64,000 bases of DNA, taken from positions 1 to 64,000 of the IMG/VR virus record IMGVR_UViG_3300028920_000052, one strand, 5' to 3'. Under the pieces are notes generated by a model. That model made no database searches. It was not told the DNA's origin and saw only the letters and a program-made list of their open reading frames with translations. Source of the stretch: a virus. The position numbers and the translations under genes are program-made. Positions within the stretch are counted from its first letter, which is position 1; each line of letters starts with the position of its first letter. Below are positions 61,785 to 64,000 of this stretch, in pieces.

Positions 61785-63287
61785 ATGAGTGTTAAAATGT
61801 CAAAACTCCAAATTCTAGATCCTTCATACTGGGGAAAACTTACCAGAGAAGAGCATTTAGGTTGGATGGGTATGCAAGACCCTCAGTGGATTTCTAAATT
61901 CATTGATAGGGTATATGAAGTGAACTATGGGGCTGATAATATCGTGTCTTTTATTGACAGGTTCCCATTAAGGTATCTTGATGATGATACTCCTTTCCGT
62001 TGGGCTTTACAAGGTTCAGAAGAAAGGAATATACAACTTATTGCTGCTACTGTAAGTGCCAGTCCTACTGGTACACAAATTACAGATTCTACACAAGCAG
62101 GACTAGGTTTTGGTGAATTTTATATGTGGTTTGCTGAAGATTTCTTTAGTGCAACTTCTGTAATGGTAGGTCATCACCCTGAAAAGTATTCAGTGCGTGT
62201 AATGACTGATGCAATACAAGCTGGTGGATACTATGGTTATAGGTGTCAATTAGTAACTGGAGATCCTACTAAGTATATTGATGGAGACGAAGTTGCTGCT
62301 GGTACACTGTGGTCAGAAGAATATGGATTAGTTGAACAGACACTTTCTGTTCGTGGTAATGAACCTAAACATGCTAGTCACTTTGTAATGGAGAATACTT
62401 TCTCTATGATTCGTAAGAATTATGAAGTTCCTGGTAATATGATTCGTAAAGGTAAAGTTGCTCCTCTAGCTTTCAAATTTCTAGATCAGAATGGTAAAGA
62501 GCATGCTGCTTGGATTTCTAAACTTGAGTGGGATTTCTTAACTCAATTCCGTAGGGATAAAGCACGTTTACTTCTGGGTGGTAAATCCACTAAAATGGAT
62601 GATGGTAACTATTCACTGAAAGGTGAAAGTGGTAATGTTATCAAAGCTGGGTTTGGATTGTATGAGCAAATGGAAGGTTCTAATCTTCTTTTCTACAATG
62701 ACTTTTCACTGAAGGCTATTACTGACTTTGCTATGGATATTTCTGTAGGTAAAGTACCTGAAGACAAAAGGATGCTAGTTCTTTCTACTGGTGAATATGG
62801 TGCATATCAAGTTCATACTGCTTTAGCAGAAAGAGGTGGAGAAATTCCTTGGCTACGTAGTGATCATAACCTTGCAAAAATTGAAGGTAATAAGATGAAA
62901 CTTGCAGAAGGACAATTTATTGAGTATGAATTTATCAACGGAATTAAGTTTAAGTTGATGATTGACCCAATGAAAGATGATCCTGTACGTAATAAGATTC
63001 GTCACCCTAATGGAGGTTTGGCTAGTTCTTATATTTATGATATTTGGGACTTTGGTACAACTAACGGTAAAGCTAATATTCAAAGAGTAGCTGTAAAAGG
63101 AGATGAAGAAATCTACAGGTTTATTCCTGGAATGCGTGACCAGTTCACAGCATATAACAATCTTTCAGCTCCTGCTGCTACTTCTTCTTTGAAGGATGGA
63201 TACGTAGTTGGTAAAATGTATCAAGGCGCAATTCAATTGAACAATCCTCTTAAGGCTGGTAGGATTATTCCTACTATCTTACGATAG
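61785..63287 (+). CDS. Major capsid protein (crAss-like)
   Basis: 500 aa; WGKLTREEHL, GFGLYEQ and HPNGGLASSY; follows the TerL-portal-scaffold order. Confidence 0.88.
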   Translation: MSVKMSKLQILDPSYWGKLTREEHLGWMGMQDPQWISKFIDRVYEVNYGADNIVSFIDRFPLRYLDDDTPFRWALQGSEERNIQLIAATVSASPTGTQITDSTQAGLGFGEFYMWFAEDFFSATSVMVGHHPEKYSVRVMTDAIQAGGYYGYRCQLVTGDPTKYIDGDEVAAGTLWSEEYGLVEQTLSVRGNEPKHASHFVMENTFSMIRKNYEVPGNMIRKGKVAPLAFKFLDQNGKEHAAWISKLEWDFLTQFRRDKARLLLGGKSTKMDDGNYSLKGESGNVIKAGFGLYEQMEGSNLLFYNDFSLKAITDFAMDISVGKVPEDKRMLVLSTGEYGAYQVHTALAERGGEIPWLRSDHNLAKIEGNKMKLAEGQFIEYEFINGIKFKLMIDPMKDDPVRNKIRHPNGGLASSYIYDIWDFGTTNGKANIQRVAVKGDEEIYRFIPGMRDQFTAYNNLSAPAATSSLKDGYVVGKMYQGAIQLNNPLKAGRIIPTILR

Positions 63288-63298
63288 ATTAATATTAT

Positions 63299-63360
63299 GC
63301 TTGGAGAGTGGGATTTTTTCCCACTTTCCTTGCATTTTTAAAATAAAAGTTATAACTTGG
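63299..63360 (+). terminator. Terminator after MCP, overlapping the next promoter
   Basis: GGAGAGTGGGA...TCCCACTTTCC hairpin with T tract; CTTG-N20-TAACTTGG. Confidence 0.65.
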
Positions 63361-63397
63361 CAAAAATTTTAGTATTACTAATTTTAATAAATTTATT

Positions 63398-64000
63398 ATG
63401 ATTTCAACAGAGCAAGCAGTGAAGCAAGGATTTTTAGAAGACAAAGTGGTTTATTTAAAGCCTGTACCTCGTGGAGGAGAAATGATAAAAGATCCTACAC
63501 ACATAGCATTTTTTAAAATGGAAGGAGCTTCAGATACATATCCACTAAAGATGGATGACGTTACTAAAAGAATTATAAACCCTTTTCGTAACGCTAAAGA
63601 AATGGAATACTTCTCAGAAGTTATGGGAGAGGATTTAAATCCATATAAAAAAAAGAATGAATTTTGGATGGGATTTTCTGTTAAGATTACAAAGAGTCCA
63701 GAATTAATGCAAATAGGAAAAAGATTTGATTTATCTGAGCCTAGAGAAATGTTAGAATATCTTGTACTAAGAACTTGGAAGAAAGAAATTGGTACAGATT
63801 GGGAAAAAAGAATGAATGGATTTAGATATTGTTTTGTAGATTCTGATTATGAAGAACAGAAAGCTGTAAGTGAAATGGATTTTACTTTAAAAGTAGGAGA
63901 AATTTATGGAATGCTACAGAGTAAACCTTCTGAAATGAAAGACTTTATTAATATATATTACCAAACTAAGCACAAGAATAAAATTGTTCCAGAAGATGCT
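63398..64000 (+). CDS. crAss-like protein downstream of MCP (3'-truncated)
   Basis: Open frame MISTEQAVKQGFLEDKVVYLKPVPR... runs to the window end. Confidence 0.75.
   Translation, partial: MISTEQAVKQGFLEDKVVYLKPVPRGGEMIKDPTHIAFFKMEGASDTYPLKMDDVTKRIINPFRNAKEMEYFSEVMGEDLNPYKKKNEFWMGFSVKITKSPELMQIGKRFDLSEPREMLEYLVLRTWKKEIGTDWEKRMNGFRYCFVDSDYEEQKAVSEMDFTLKVGEIYGMLQSKPSEMKDFINIYYQTKHKNKIVPEDA

Noticed and set aside
1537-63083. Antisense ORFs in the track (e.g. 1537-1899, 5779-6123, 20157-20402, 25060-25329, 57445-57801, 61438-61722, 62853-63083)
   Set aside because: They lie opposite well-supported genes and have shadow-ORF composition.
1-64000. Stop-codon reassignment (TAG or TGA), known in some crAss-like phages
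   Set aside because: vRNAP, TerL, portal and MCP are long uninterrupted ORFs in the standard code and MCP ends at TAG. The PolA fragmentation is explained by introns.

Overview
About 64 kb of an AT-rich, visibly CG-poor crAss-like phage (Crassvirales) genome read in the standard genetic code. The host is probably Bacteroidota, judged from TTG-N20-TAnnTTTG promoters. Layout: (1) 1-10.8 kb on +, a 5'-truncated giant virion RNA polymerase (DFDVD motif, zincin HExxH) and a large virion cargo protein. (2) 10.8-48.2 kb on -, early and replication genes: UDG, 5'-3' exonuclease, PrimPol, nucleotidyltransferase, MoxR-type AAA with a vWA partner, resolvase, DnaG, SSB, DnaB, SF2 helicase, and a family A DNA polymerase split by two group I introns, each carrying a homing endonuclease. 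(3) A strand switch near 48.3 kb, then late genes on +: adenine MTase, GroES, IHF-like protein, TerL, portal, ferritin, scaffold-like protein and major capsid protein. The main unexplained structures are: an integrase-less array of integron attC-like cassettes (40.5-41.6 kb) whose antisense ORFs start inside the attC loops; two arrays of tightly tiled multibranched RNA modules in the early region (45.9-46.5 and 47.5-48.0 kb); a promoter-driven structured ncRNA candidate (48.56-48.88 kb); and a free-standing LAGLIDADG gene flanked by two versions of the UDG 3' end. All calls come from reading motifs by eye; no searches or folding were run.
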